Shown: positions 22,145 to 31,169 of the stretch, in pieces | Position numbering within the stretch: position 1 is the stretch's first letter | Layout: each line of letters starts with the position of its first letter | Assembly: GCA_963793425.1 (NCBI GenBank) | Contig: CAWCAG010000009.1 | Location: 864,001-928,000 of the forward strand | Source of the DNA: an uncultured cyanobacterium | Lineage (GTDB): Bacteria > Cyanobacteriota > Cyanobacteriia > Cyanobacteriales > CAWCAG01 | Direction: 5' to 3' | DNA length: 64,000 nt | The notes under the pieces: generated by a model | What the model was told of the DNA's origin: nothing | The model's database searches: none | Seen by the model: only the letters and a program-made list of their open reading frames with translations | Translations under genes and position numbers: made by a program

Positions 22145-22167
22145 TAGCTAATAGTTTAGGGGAAGCT

Positions 22168-23016
22168 ATGCATATTCTCTTAGTTGAAGATGAACCAGAC
22201 TTGGGGACAGCCATCAAACGCACTCTCCAGCAAGAAGCTTATATAGTGGATTTGGTAGGTGATGGTAACGAGGCTTGGGGGCTTTTAGAGAGTAACTGGA
22301 CTGAATATACTTTGGCAATTTTTGACTGGCTGCTGCCGGGACAATCGGGGTTAGAATTGGTTAAGAAAGTGCGATCGCAAGATAATCCTTTACCTGTTTT
22401 AATGCTTACTGCCAAGGATACCCAAGCAGACAAAGTGGCAGGGTTAGACGCTGGTGCAGATGATTATTTAGTTAAACCTTTTGGCATGGCAGAACTTTTG
22501 GCGAGAATGCGGGCTTTGCAACGGCGCTCTCCCCAACTGCAACCACCAAAGTTGCAAGTGGGGAATTTTTGTTTAGATTATGCTACCCATCAAATTTATT
22601 GGGAAGATACTCAAGGAGAAAGTCAGGAAATCACCCTTACGGCTAAGGAGTTTCAGCTTTTGGAATATTTTATGAGACATCCTCAACAAATTGTCACCCG
22701 CGACCAAATATTAGACCAAATTTGGGAGGTGGGAACTGAACCAATGAGTAATAACGATGCTCCCCAAGTTGGAGAAAGAAGCGATCGCATCCAAGCTATT
22801 GCAGGTTATAGTCGTCGTCTCAATTCAGAAACTATATTGGTGACAAACTTTGTTTTTGAACAAGAGGAAGAGGAAAACGAGGATGCTTATATTTTGGAGT
22901 TGGGGGTACGCCATCAGTTGTCACCTCTAACGGTTTTGTCTATTGGCGCTGGTGCTGGGTTGACTGAAGATTCTCCCGATTTCCGAATTACGGCGGGTTT
23001 TCAACAATCTTTTTAA
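22168..23016 (+). pseudogene. OmpR-family (RppA/CopR-like) response regulator fused in frame to the C-terminus of an outer-membrane beta-barrel protein
   Basis: LLVEDE, DWLLP, KPF, LTAKEFQLL up to EPMSN; then unrelated amphipathic strands ending ITAGFQQSF. Confidence 0.75.
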
Positions 23017-23111
23017 CTTCTAATACAAAAATAGTCTTGACCATGAAGATTTGAGTATGGTGGGAAATTTGTTAATCCAAGCTTAGTCGTTAAGTCTGGT
23101 AACAAAGAAAT

Positions 23112-23128
23112 ATGAAATTACCATGAAA
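23112..23128 (-). promoter_or_regulatory. CopR-type direct repeat
   Basis: Minus strand TTTCAT-N5-TTTCAT, the repeat described for the Synechocystis cop promoters. Confidence 0.5.
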
Positions 23129-23189
23129 TCCCGCTATCTCAATAGTTGGAAGTTGAGATTATCTCTTCTGTTAGACGCGATCGCCCTTT

Positions 23190-24218
23190 AAATCTCTCTT
23201 CAAAAAAGGTGCAGGTTTTGTACCTTCTTTAGCCTTTTTATTAGCTTCAACTAATCTTGTTATCGAACTGGGTTTTATTATCGCCATCTTTTTAGGTTGG
23301 CAATTTGTTGTTGGGGAATATCTTGGGGGTATTTTATTAATCCTTTTGACCTGGTTAATTGTTAAATATACTCGTCCTAAAGAGTTACTCAGAAAGGCGA
23401 GAAGACGGTTAAACGAAAAAGAAGGAGAAGACAAACAAAATGGAGATGCCCCTAACTGGAAAGATAAAATTACTAGTAAAAAAGGATGGCAACAGGTAGC
23501 CAAAAAGTACTTCATGGAATGGGGTATGGTTTGGAAGGATGTAACTTTTGGTTTTACTGTGGCGGGAATCATTGCTGCATTTGTACCCCGTTCTTTTTTC
23601 CAGACTCTGTTTATGGGTGCTGGTACACAAAATCCTAGCTTTTTAGCCATCTTAGAAAATACTTTAGTTAGACCAGTAGCAGCTTTTTTTACTTTTATTG
23701 GTTCGATGGGAAATATTCCTTTAGCAGCAATTTTGTTTAACAATGGGGTTAGCTTTGCGGGGGTAATGGCGTTTATTTTTAGCGATCTGGTGGTTTTTCC
23801 TGTAATTCGCGTTAATGCTAAATATTACGGTTGGAAGCTTGCTTTATATATCGTAGGTGTTTTCTTTGTAGCTTTAGTAGCAACAGCAATTGTTATGCAC
23901 TACGGTTTTTCTTTGTTTGGTGTTTTACCAAAGAGTGCAGCCTCTGCGAATCCTCAATCAACAGAGCGTTTTGCCATTGATTATACCTTCTGGCTCAATT
24001 TAGCATTTTTAGCGGTTACCGGAGTTTTAGCTTGGTTGCGCTTTGGTAGTGGTAAAAAACAAAAAGGTCAACATGATCAACAACCGCATCACAATCATAA
24101 AGAACACAGCAGCGGTAAACAAGGATTTACAGAAAAGCTTCTGTTTTGGCTAGCTATCTTATCTTATATCTGGCTGGTTGGGGGTATCGTTGTTAGTTTA
24201 TTTGTAAGCAGTCAGTAG
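23190..24218 (+). pseudogene. DUF318/ArsP-like metal permease, N-terminus missing
   Basis: In-frame KSLFKKGAG...ASTNLVIELG upstream of the ORF-track start, FIGSMGNIPLA, His-rich loop; stop at 23172 and no proper start. Confidence 0.75.
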
Positions 24219-24253
24219 AATTCATCCTCATCAAAATTTATGCTGTTTGGCTC

Positions 24254-24285
24254 TTGACTCTCCAGTGAAGTAGAAAGTTTATCAT
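24254..24285 (+). promoter_or_regulatory. second MerR-family-type promoter
   Basis: TTGACT-N20-TATCAT with dyad ACTCTCCAG-TGAA-GTAGAAAGT; near copy of the 18899 element. Confidence 0.75.
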
Positions 24286-24318
24286 AAATTTAATAGCTCA
24301 CTCACACTAAATAAAATT

Positions 24319-25128
24319 ATGACTAATACTACAACTACAGAAAAAGTTAAACTGTATAGAATGTCTACTCCAGAACATGAATGTCCCTGGGGATTAAAAG
24401 CCGTCAAATTACTCAAGGAAAAAGGAATTGACTTTGAGGATAACAAACTCAAATCGAAAGAAGAAACAGAGGCTTTTAAAGGGAAGCATCAAGTCTCAAC
24501 CACACCGCAAATTTTCTTTGATGATCAAAGGATTGGCGGCTACACAGACTTAGCCGAAAAGTTAGATGTAGAAGCAGAAGGGGCAGAGTATTCTTATACT
24601 CCGGTTATTGCTATATTTTCTACCGCAGGGCTGATGGCATTAGCAACTACGGCAGGTGTAACCGGATTTATGGGCTTCTCTCTCTCTTTACTTGCTTCTT
24701 TAAAGCTGATGGATATTGAATCTTTTGCTGAGAGTTTTGCCAAATACGACTTGATAACCAAAAGAATTAAACCTTATGCAAAGGTGTATCCTTTTGCCGA
24801 ACTTGCCATCGGACTTGGTTTTCTCTCTGGCATTGCACCCTTAGCAACGGGAATAACTTCTTTGCTTGTCGGTGTTAGTGGAGGAGTTTCGGTATTTAAA
24901 GCAGTATACATCGATAAGTTAGCACTCAACTGTGCTTGTGTGGGAGGTAATTCTCAAACCCCTTTAGGAGTGGTTAGCTTTGCTGAGAATGCAATTATGG
25001 CCATTATGGGGGCAAGCCTGATTTTCTCTGCTGCCACATCAGAAGTGGAATCAACAAAGCTAAGAGAAATACAATCTGTTAGGAATATTGAAGTGCAAAA
25101 TACTACTGTAGATAAGCTGGGTGACTGA
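24319..25128 (+). CDS. glutaredoxin plus MauE/DoxX membrane domain protein
   Basis: CPWG, TTPQIF, IGGYTDL, FAKYDL, YPFAE, CACVGG. Confidence 0.85.
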   Translation: MTNTTTTEKVKLYRMSTPEHECPWGLKAVKLLKEKGIDFEDNKLKSKEETEAFKGKHQVSTTPQIFFDDQRIGGYTDLAEKLDVEAEGAEYSYTPVIAIFSTAGLMALATTAGVTGFMGFSLSLLASLKLMDIESFAESFAKYDLITKRIKPYAKVYPFAELAIGLGFLSGIAPLATGITSLLVGVSGGVSVFKAVYIDKLALNCACVGGNSQTPLGVVSFAENAIMAIMGASLIFSAATSEVESTKLREIQSVRNIEVQNTTVDKLGD

Positions 25129-25358
25129 CAGAAGTTATGTAGTGTAATAAGCTGTCAGGCATTTAATTTACTTGTTAGGGTACGGTGACGAGGAAATACC
25201 GGAGAGGCAGAATATTAACTTCTGATCTCAAAACTTACTAGTGGGGGATTTATTTTGATATCATCTTGTGGAACCGATTAAATAGGTTCTATTAGGTCTT
25301 ACCTGCATAGGCAAAGCCCACCGTAGGTATCGCAACTGTTCTTGTCAGGAACGATGAT

Positions 25359-26470
25359 ATGCGTCTATTACAAATTACAGCTTACAGTCTCACTGCCCTT
25401 GCTGCTGTTAGTTTGACAGCCCAAGCAGGGGAAGAATCTCAACAAGCTGCTGTTGCAACTAACCAAGTAACCTCAGCCCAAATACAAACTACCGGAGAAC
25501 TTCTTTCTCAGGAATTAGGAACAGAGTTTTATTTAAGAAACAACCATAATCAACCTCATGCCATAGCAGAATTATCTCCTCAGACTTCAACCCAAGCTGA
25601 GGATCTGCTATCAGAAGAGGTGAACTTAAAACCATTAGAAGTAGCGGCAGAAAATGAACAGAGGGTAGCTTTACCTGTGCTGCGGGACATTCTGTTACCT
25701 CACAAACAGAAGAAAATGCTACACCGCAACAAATAGCTCAATTAGGCAACCCTACTTGCCCTCGCCCCCAACCCATTAACCTCATTGAGTTGCCGGAAGT
25801 AGAAGCAGGCTATGCGGCCTCCCCTAGCTTAAGCATTTATATTCCAGTTGGTTATGGTGCAGACAACAACACCATCTTTACCTCCCAAACCTATCAACCC
25901 GATGTTAGAGTTGATGAAGGAGGGGTTTACACTGGGGGAATTGGTGTTGGTCTTGGTGATGCTGACGAACTGGTAGGTTTAGAATTATCCTACGCTTTTG
26001 AAACCAACGATGATTTTGGTGATGGTGGCTTCAACGCCAAAGTACATCGCCGCTTTGCTGATGATTTTTCCGTTGCTGCGGGTTGGAATGGTTTTCTGAA
26101 TATTGGCCGCAATGACTTTGAGCAATCCCTTTATGGTGTAGCCACCAAAGTCTTTCGTACCCGTACCTCTTTAGATGAGCCTCTCAGTCGAGTAGCGGTT
26201 AGCTTAGGCATCGGTAACAACCAATTCCGTTCCGAAGGAGATTTTAACAATGGTGAAAACGGTGTCAATGTTTTTGGCAACGTTGCTGTGCGTGTCATTC
26301 GCCCGATTAGTTTCATTACCGAGTGGACAGGACAGGACTTGGCATTAGGGCTTTCCATCGCCCCTTTCAAAGATATTCCTTTTGTAATCACCCCCGCTTT
26401 TAGAGACATTGCTGGCATCGGCGACGGAGCCAGATTTGTGCTGGGTTGGGGTGCTGCATGGCAATTTTAA
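25359..26470 (+). CDS. putative outer-membrane beta-barrel protein (one gene with a single-base frameshift near 25657)
   Basis: Signal peptide in the first ORF; frame of the second ORF is open from 25658 (EGSFTC...IAQLGNPTCPRPQP); C-terminal aromatic WQF. Confidence 0.7.
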
Positions 26471-26488
26471 GTAAGGAGAAATATTTCA

Positions 26489-26896
26489 ATGCGTAAGTTT
26501 GCTTATTTCAGCTTTCTCGCTGGCTTATCTTGGTTGGCTATCGGCTTAAGCCCCAACTCTGTTAACGCCCAAAGCCAGTCTGATATTTCTGGAACCAATA
26601 TTTGGAACAACGTTGCCCCCATAACTTCTGGGGAAAGTGGTTTAGATCCTGCCCTTGTTAGCCGGATTAGACAGCTTAATGCCGAAGCAGAACAAACCTT
26701 TCAAGACTGCAACGCAGCTATAGTCATTGCTGAACAACAACCTACAGGAGTTCGTCGTTTTTCCCGTCGTCCTAACCAAATCGCCATCCCTGCTGCTTGC
26801 CAGCGTCTCAACACTTTGAGGGGAGAAATGGAAACTCTCAGAACTAGTTTACAAAATCAACCCCAAGCTACAAGTACAGATTTTTTCACTTGGTAG
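26489..26896 (+). CDS. secreted hypothetical protein
   Basis: AGGAG RBS, signal peptide ending VNA-Q, two helices with a Cys pair. Confidence 0.75.
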   Translation: MRKFAYFSFLAGLSWLAIGLSPNSVNAQSQSDISGTNIWNNVAPITSGESGLDPALVSRIRQLNAEAEQTFQDCNAAIVIAEQQPTGVRRFSRRPNQIAIPAACQRLNTLRGEMETLRTSLQNQPQATSTDFFTW

Positions 26897-26940
26897 CCAT
26901 TAGTTATGAGCAACCAGAGTAGTCTAGAGGAATAAAAATT

Positions 26941-27570
26941 ATGAAGGCAAAAATAGGTTGTTTAGGAAGCAAATTACTAACCACTGCTGTAGCAACAGGG
27001 TTAGTTAGTTTCTTAGCACCTTCAGTTCAAGCACAGGAATTTTTTGATGGCAACGCGATCGCTTTCAATGAAGATACTATAATTGAATTTGAGTTTGTTG
27101 AATCCCATGGAGCTTACCAAGCTGCTTTAGGGGTCAGAAACGAAACAACAGGTCAAGAAACCGTATTATTCCAAGAACTTAAACCCTATGATAGCTTTGG
27201 TCAGGGAACAACAGAAAGTAGTTCTGTGGGTAATGATAACACTGGAACAGCAACAGATTTCCTGGGTTCAGTTGAAGGGGGAACCGTAGCTACGCGCTTT
27301 ACTGAATTTACCTTTGAAGCAGGAGAGCGATATTCCTTTTATTTAGTATCTGTTAGTCCCACCGGACAAACAAGTAGAACAGTTCTTTCAACCCAAAACT
27401 TTGCTCGCTTTTTCGGCAGCTTAAATGGTGGACAACAAGGAGATATTACCGGAGTGCGTCTTGGTTGGGAAGATGGTGGTAGGGTCGAAGTTGGTAACGA
27501 CAGCGATTATGATGACTTCATCATTGAAGCTGGAGGTTATTTACTAACCAATTGTCCCCCTCTACGTTAA
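26941..27570 (+). CDS. secreted DUF4114-like beta-sandwich protein
   Basis: Signal peptide VQA-Q; FEFVESHGAYQ and GWED...DSDYDDFII. Confidence 0.7.
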   Translation: MKAKIGCLGSKLLTTAVATGLVSFLAPSVQAQEFFDGNAIAFNEDTIIEFEFVESHGAYQAALGVRNETTGQETVLFQELKPYDSFGQGTTESSSVGNDNTGTATDFLGSVEGGTVATRFTEFTFEAGERYSFYLVSVSPTGQTSRTVLSTQNFARFFGSLNGGQQGDITGVRLGWEDGGRVEVGNDSDYDDFIIEAGGYLLTNCPPLR

Positions 27571-27577
27571 ATTAATT

Positions 27578-27617
27578 AAAAAGGTAGAGAGGTTTTTAAA
27601 AACTCATCTACCTTTTT
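27578..27617 (+). terminator. intrinsic (bidirectional) terminator
   Basis: AAAAAGGTAGA...TCTACCTTTTT hairpin between convergent genes. Confidence 0.75.
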
Positions 27618-27645
27618 AGTTTTGAACCCAATAGTTTTTCAGGCG

Positions 27646-27738
27646 ATCGCACAATAACCAATCCCAAACTTATTACTATCGCACAATAACCAATCTCAAA
27701 CTTATTACTTATTACTTATTACTTATTACTTATTACTT
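27646..27738. repeat. 32-bp tandem duplication plus TTATTAC heptamer array
   Basis: ATCGCACAATAACCAATC(C/T)CAAACTTATTACT twice, then about 5 TTATTAC units. Confidence 0.9.
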
Positions 27739-27741
27739 TTG

Positions 27742-28143
27742 CTAGACGCTGTTCCAACAGCCTGAACTTAACCAAACTCCTTTGCCTTTCTTAACCCTTT
27801 CCAAAGTCATAAAATAAGCCCAAGCTTGACCTAAAGAATTGCCTAACAAATCGTAGACTTCAATCTGCTGACGATAATATTCATTGTCTTCCCCAGAAGC
27901 TTGAGGATTGTAACCTTCTAAATCATCTAAATCCCCTAAAATTTCTGGTTGAGCAAAAGTTAGTAAAAAACCCCTCACTTTATTCTTTCCTGGGGTCATA
28001 GCTGGATAACCTAAACAAAGATCATAAAGTTCTCCGAAAGTATAGGCTTCCTGTTGCTCAACAACTTTTTTCTGACACAAAAGCTGATAATTTATTTCTC
28101 CAGGCTTGAGAGTGCCATAAACAAAGAATCTAAGCAAATTCAT
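27742..28143 (-). CDS. gamma-glutamylcyclotransferase family protein
   Basis: FVYGTLKPG, GYPAM, LDDLEGY. Confidence 0.9.
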   Translation of the reverse strand: MNLLRFFVYGTLKPGEINYQLLCQKKVVEQQEAYTFGELYDLCLGYPAMTPGKNKVRGFLLTFAQPEILGDLDDLEGYNPQASGEDNEYYRQQIEVYDLLGNSLGQAWAYFMTLERVKKGKGVWLSSGCWNSV

Positions 28144-28164
28144 ACCAAACCCTATTTAGCAGCA

Positions 28165-28242
28165 CAGGGGAACAGGGAACAGGGAAAAGGCTTTGAGTCA
28201 TTTATTCGGTCGATTTTATAGCGGATTTAGCTTAACCGGACT
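28165..28242 (-). repeat. dispersed repeat, copy 1 (55-bp head plus heptamer tail)
   Basis: Reverse complement TCCGGTTA..CTAAA..TAAAATCGACCGAATAAA..CTCAAA followed by TTCCCTG units; similar to 49556-49655. Confidence 0.75.
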
Positions 28243-28299
28243 TGTTACCACTTGGTCAATAAGGGAATAGGGAAAGGAAGACAGAAGGCATAAATCCTA

Positions 28300-28644
28300 T
28301 TAGTAATACTCATCATCATCTGATTCCTCGTCGTCATATCCTTCATCATCATCATCAGATTCTTCATCTAACTCCCCTTTATATTCATCCTCATAGTCTC
28401 CCTCATCATCATCATCAGATTCTTCATCTAAATTCCCTTCATATTCATCCTCATAGTCTCCCTCATCATCATCACCATCATCATCAGATTCATCTTCATA
28501 CTCGTCGTCATATCCTTCCTCATCATCATCAGATTCATCTTCATACTCGTCGTCATATCCTTCCTCATCATCATATAACTCCCCTTCATAATCTTCCTGG
28601 TCGGTTATACCATTGGTCAAAACCAGTTGCTTGCTTCTATTCAT
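28300..28644 (-). CDS. extremely acidic low-complexity protein (D/E/Y/G repeats)
   Basis: 114-aa ORF built from in-frame 45-bp and 60-bp repeats. Confidence 0.6.
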   Translation of the reverse strand: MNRSKQLVLTNGITDQEDYEGELYDDEEGYDDEYEDESDDDEEGYDDEYEDESDDDGDDDEGDYEDEYEGNLDEESDDDDEGDYEDEYKGELDEESDDDDEGYDDEESDDDEYY

Positions 28645-28754
28645 AAAATTCTTTAAACAAATGAATCTCTATTTTGCAGTTCAAATTTAACTTAAGATTG
28701 CTATTACTCTCAAAATACAAAGTTGAGTTAGGGGTAGCCCAACAAAACCAAATT

Positions 28755-30347
28755 ATGGAGAAAAAAGTAATGTCGCGATCGCCTCTTCCCCCATCTGTGC
28801 AAACCAAACAATTTAAGCAGCTTCAGAATCAATTACGCGATCGCTGGCAAAGTGTTGATGTATTTGATCAAGATGATTATGACATTTTGGTTATTCCTTC
28901 TTTTAGTATCGATCAACACCAAGGAGAAAAGATCCCTGGTTTTCTGCACTACGAGGAACGAATGCTTTTTTCTTTGATTCGTCTTCGCAATCCTTATACC
29001 AGACTAATTTATCTTACTGCCTTACCCTTGTCACCCTTAATTATTGAATATTATTTACAACTTTTACCAGGAATTCCTTTTTCCCATGCCCGGAATCGTC
29101 TTTTATTACTCTCTGCCGATGATGCCTCTTTCAAACCCCTTTCCCAAAAGATTTTAGAACGTCCTCGGCTCGTAGAGAGGATTCGTAAGGCTTTGCGCCC
29201 CCATAAATCTTACATGGTTTGTTTCAATTCTACTCTTTTGGAGCAAGAATTATCCTTACAATTCAACGTCCCCTTGTTGGCTTCTTCTCCGGATCTCCTC
29301 TATTGGGGTTCTAAAAGCGGTAGCCGGGAAATTTTTGCCCAATGTGATATTCCTCATCCTGATGGTACTCCCCAAGTATGGAACTCAGAAGATTTAGTAG
29401 TAGCGATTAATCAGCTTTGGCAACGCCACCCCCATTTAGCTAAGATGGTCGTTAAACTCAATGAAGGTTTTTCTGGGGAAGGAAACGCTTTATTAGATTT
29501 AAAACAGATTCAAAATTACGCCCCAAAGCAAGCCTCTCAAGCAGAAACAAGCCAAGCTATTACTAATCATCTCCCCAACCTACGCTTCCAAGCCAAAGGA
29601 GAAACCTGGTCAAACTTTCAGGAGAGTATTACTAAATTGGGAGCCATAGTTGAAGTATTTATTGAAGGAGAAATTAAGCGATCGCCAAGTGTCCAAGGTT
29701 ATATTACCCCCAATGGTGAAGTGAACATCCTCTCCACTCATGACCAAATTCTTGGGGGTGTGGATGGGCAAATCTATCTCGGTTGCAGCTTTCCTGCCGA
29801 TGCTGCTTATCGTCTGCAACTCCAAACTCTTGGTGCAAAAGTGGGTGATTTTTTAGCTGCGAAAGGGGCTTTAGAACGCTTTGGAGTTGACTTTGTAGCT
29901 GTTCAACAACAAGATAGTTGGGAAATGCAAGCCATTGAAATAAACCTTCGCAAAGGCGGTACAACTCATCCTTTCATGGCTCTCAAGCTTCTCACTAGCG
30001 GTAACTACGACTTAAGTACAGGTTTATTTTTCAGCCAAGATCATCAAGCAAAATACTACATTGCCACTGATAACTTGCAAAAAGAATCTTACCAAGGTTT
30101 ATTACCTGCTGATCTCATGGAGATTATTGCCTGCCATCGTCTCAATTTTGATAGCAGCACCAGAACAGGAAATGTTTTTCATCTTATGGGTGCGCTTTCT
30201 CAATACGGCAAATTGGGTTTAATTAGTATTGGTAACTCCAGAGAAGAAGCAGAAACTATTTATCAAGAAGTGGAAGAAGTTTTAGACAGAGAAACCCAAT
30301 CTCTTAATCCTGTTGCTAAGTCTAGTTTGCCTATTACTTGGATGTAA
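28755..30347 (+). CDS. PGM1-related ATP-grasp peptide ligase
   Basis: YEERML, KLNEGFSGEGN, SPSVQ, STHDQILGG, FGVDF, EINLRKGGTTHP. Confidence 0.85.
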   Translation: MEKKVMSRSPLPPSVQTKQFKQLQNQLRDRWQSVDVFDQDDYDILVIPSFSIDQHQGEKIPGFLHYEERMLFSLIRLRNPYTRLIYLTALPLSPLIIEYYLQLLPGIPFSHARNRLLLLSADDASFKPLSQKILERPRLVERIRKALRPHKSYMVCFNSTLLEQELSLQFNVPLLASSPDLLYWGSKSGSREIFAQCDIPHPDGTPQVWNSEDLVVAINQLWQRHPHLAKMVVKLNEGFSGEGNALLDLKQIQNYAPKQASQAETSQAITNHLPNLRFQAKGETWSNFQESITKLGAIVEVFIEGEIKRSPSVQGYITPNGEVNILSTHDQILGGVDGQIYLGCSFPADAAYRLQLQTLGAKVGDFLAAKGALERFGVDFVAVQQQDSWEMQAIEINLRKGGTTHPFMALKLLTSGNYDLSTGLFFSQDHQAKYYIATDNLQKESYQGLLPADLMEIIACHRLNFDSSTRTGNVFHLMGALSQYGKLGLISIGNSREEAETIYQEVEEVLDRETQSLNPVAKSSLPITWM

Positions 30348-30656
30348 TATGAAGTGGGGATATCACTCGTATATTCCCCCTCACACAGTCTATATGATAT
30401 CTTTTTATATGACGTAGATATACTGCTAATCATCTATTATTTGTTCTGTACGGGGTAAATACTTAAGAAGACTCCCTCTGATAAATAGTTGAATATAGTC
30501 AATATTTTAGTTGAGGCAGCATTTCAAAGTATTAGTGAGGACAAATAAAATTTTCTTGAGAAATACAACTTTACTCAAGATTCAAGAATAGTTGATTTTT
30601 AACAAGTCGGGGTCATACATCAGGCAACCAATATTAGGTAATTTTGGCTTAGTTTT

Positions 30657-31138
30657 ATGGCATACATACTATTTTTCCTGTCAATTGGGTTAGCTACTGC
30701 ACTAGCTTTAGTAATTAAACAACAACAACAACTCAAAAGCGAATCTTCTATAGCTCAGCAGAAATTAAAGGAAGCTGAGAATAGATTACAAGATGTCGAT
30801 AATTAGTTCTTCGCGCCTTTAACGGCGAATGTAGTGATGCTTCTGTCCCTTTTCCTTTTGATGTCCACGCTATGATTTTTTGTGAAGATGCTCCAGAGCT
30901 TGAATCTCGATTGCACAAGAATTTTAACAGTAAGAGAATGAACAAAATAAATAAGAGAAAAGAGTTTTTCCAAATATCACTGGGAGAAATAATCGAAGTT
31001 GTTCGAGAAGTAGATAAAGAACTTAAAATTTGTAAGTCAGAGATAACATTTACAAAAATTGCTGAGGCTGCTGATTACAGAAAGACTTTAGCTCAAGAGC
31101 GTGAGTTACAAAGAGATGGAGTAGCCACAGCGATTTGA
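30657..31138 (+). pseudogene. remnant of a DUF4041 + T5orf172 (GIY-YIG-like) protein
   Basis: TM/coiled-coil start MAYILFF... stops at about 30806; in another frame LVLRAFNGEC joins directly to SDASVPFPFDVHA...LESRLH...RKEFF. Confidence 0.75.
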
Positions 31139-31169
31139 ATTCGGTTAAAGTAGAAAACAAATACTGCTC

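Noticed and set aside
23171..23743. 190-aa minus-strand ORF
   Set aside because: Antisense shadow of the permease remnant
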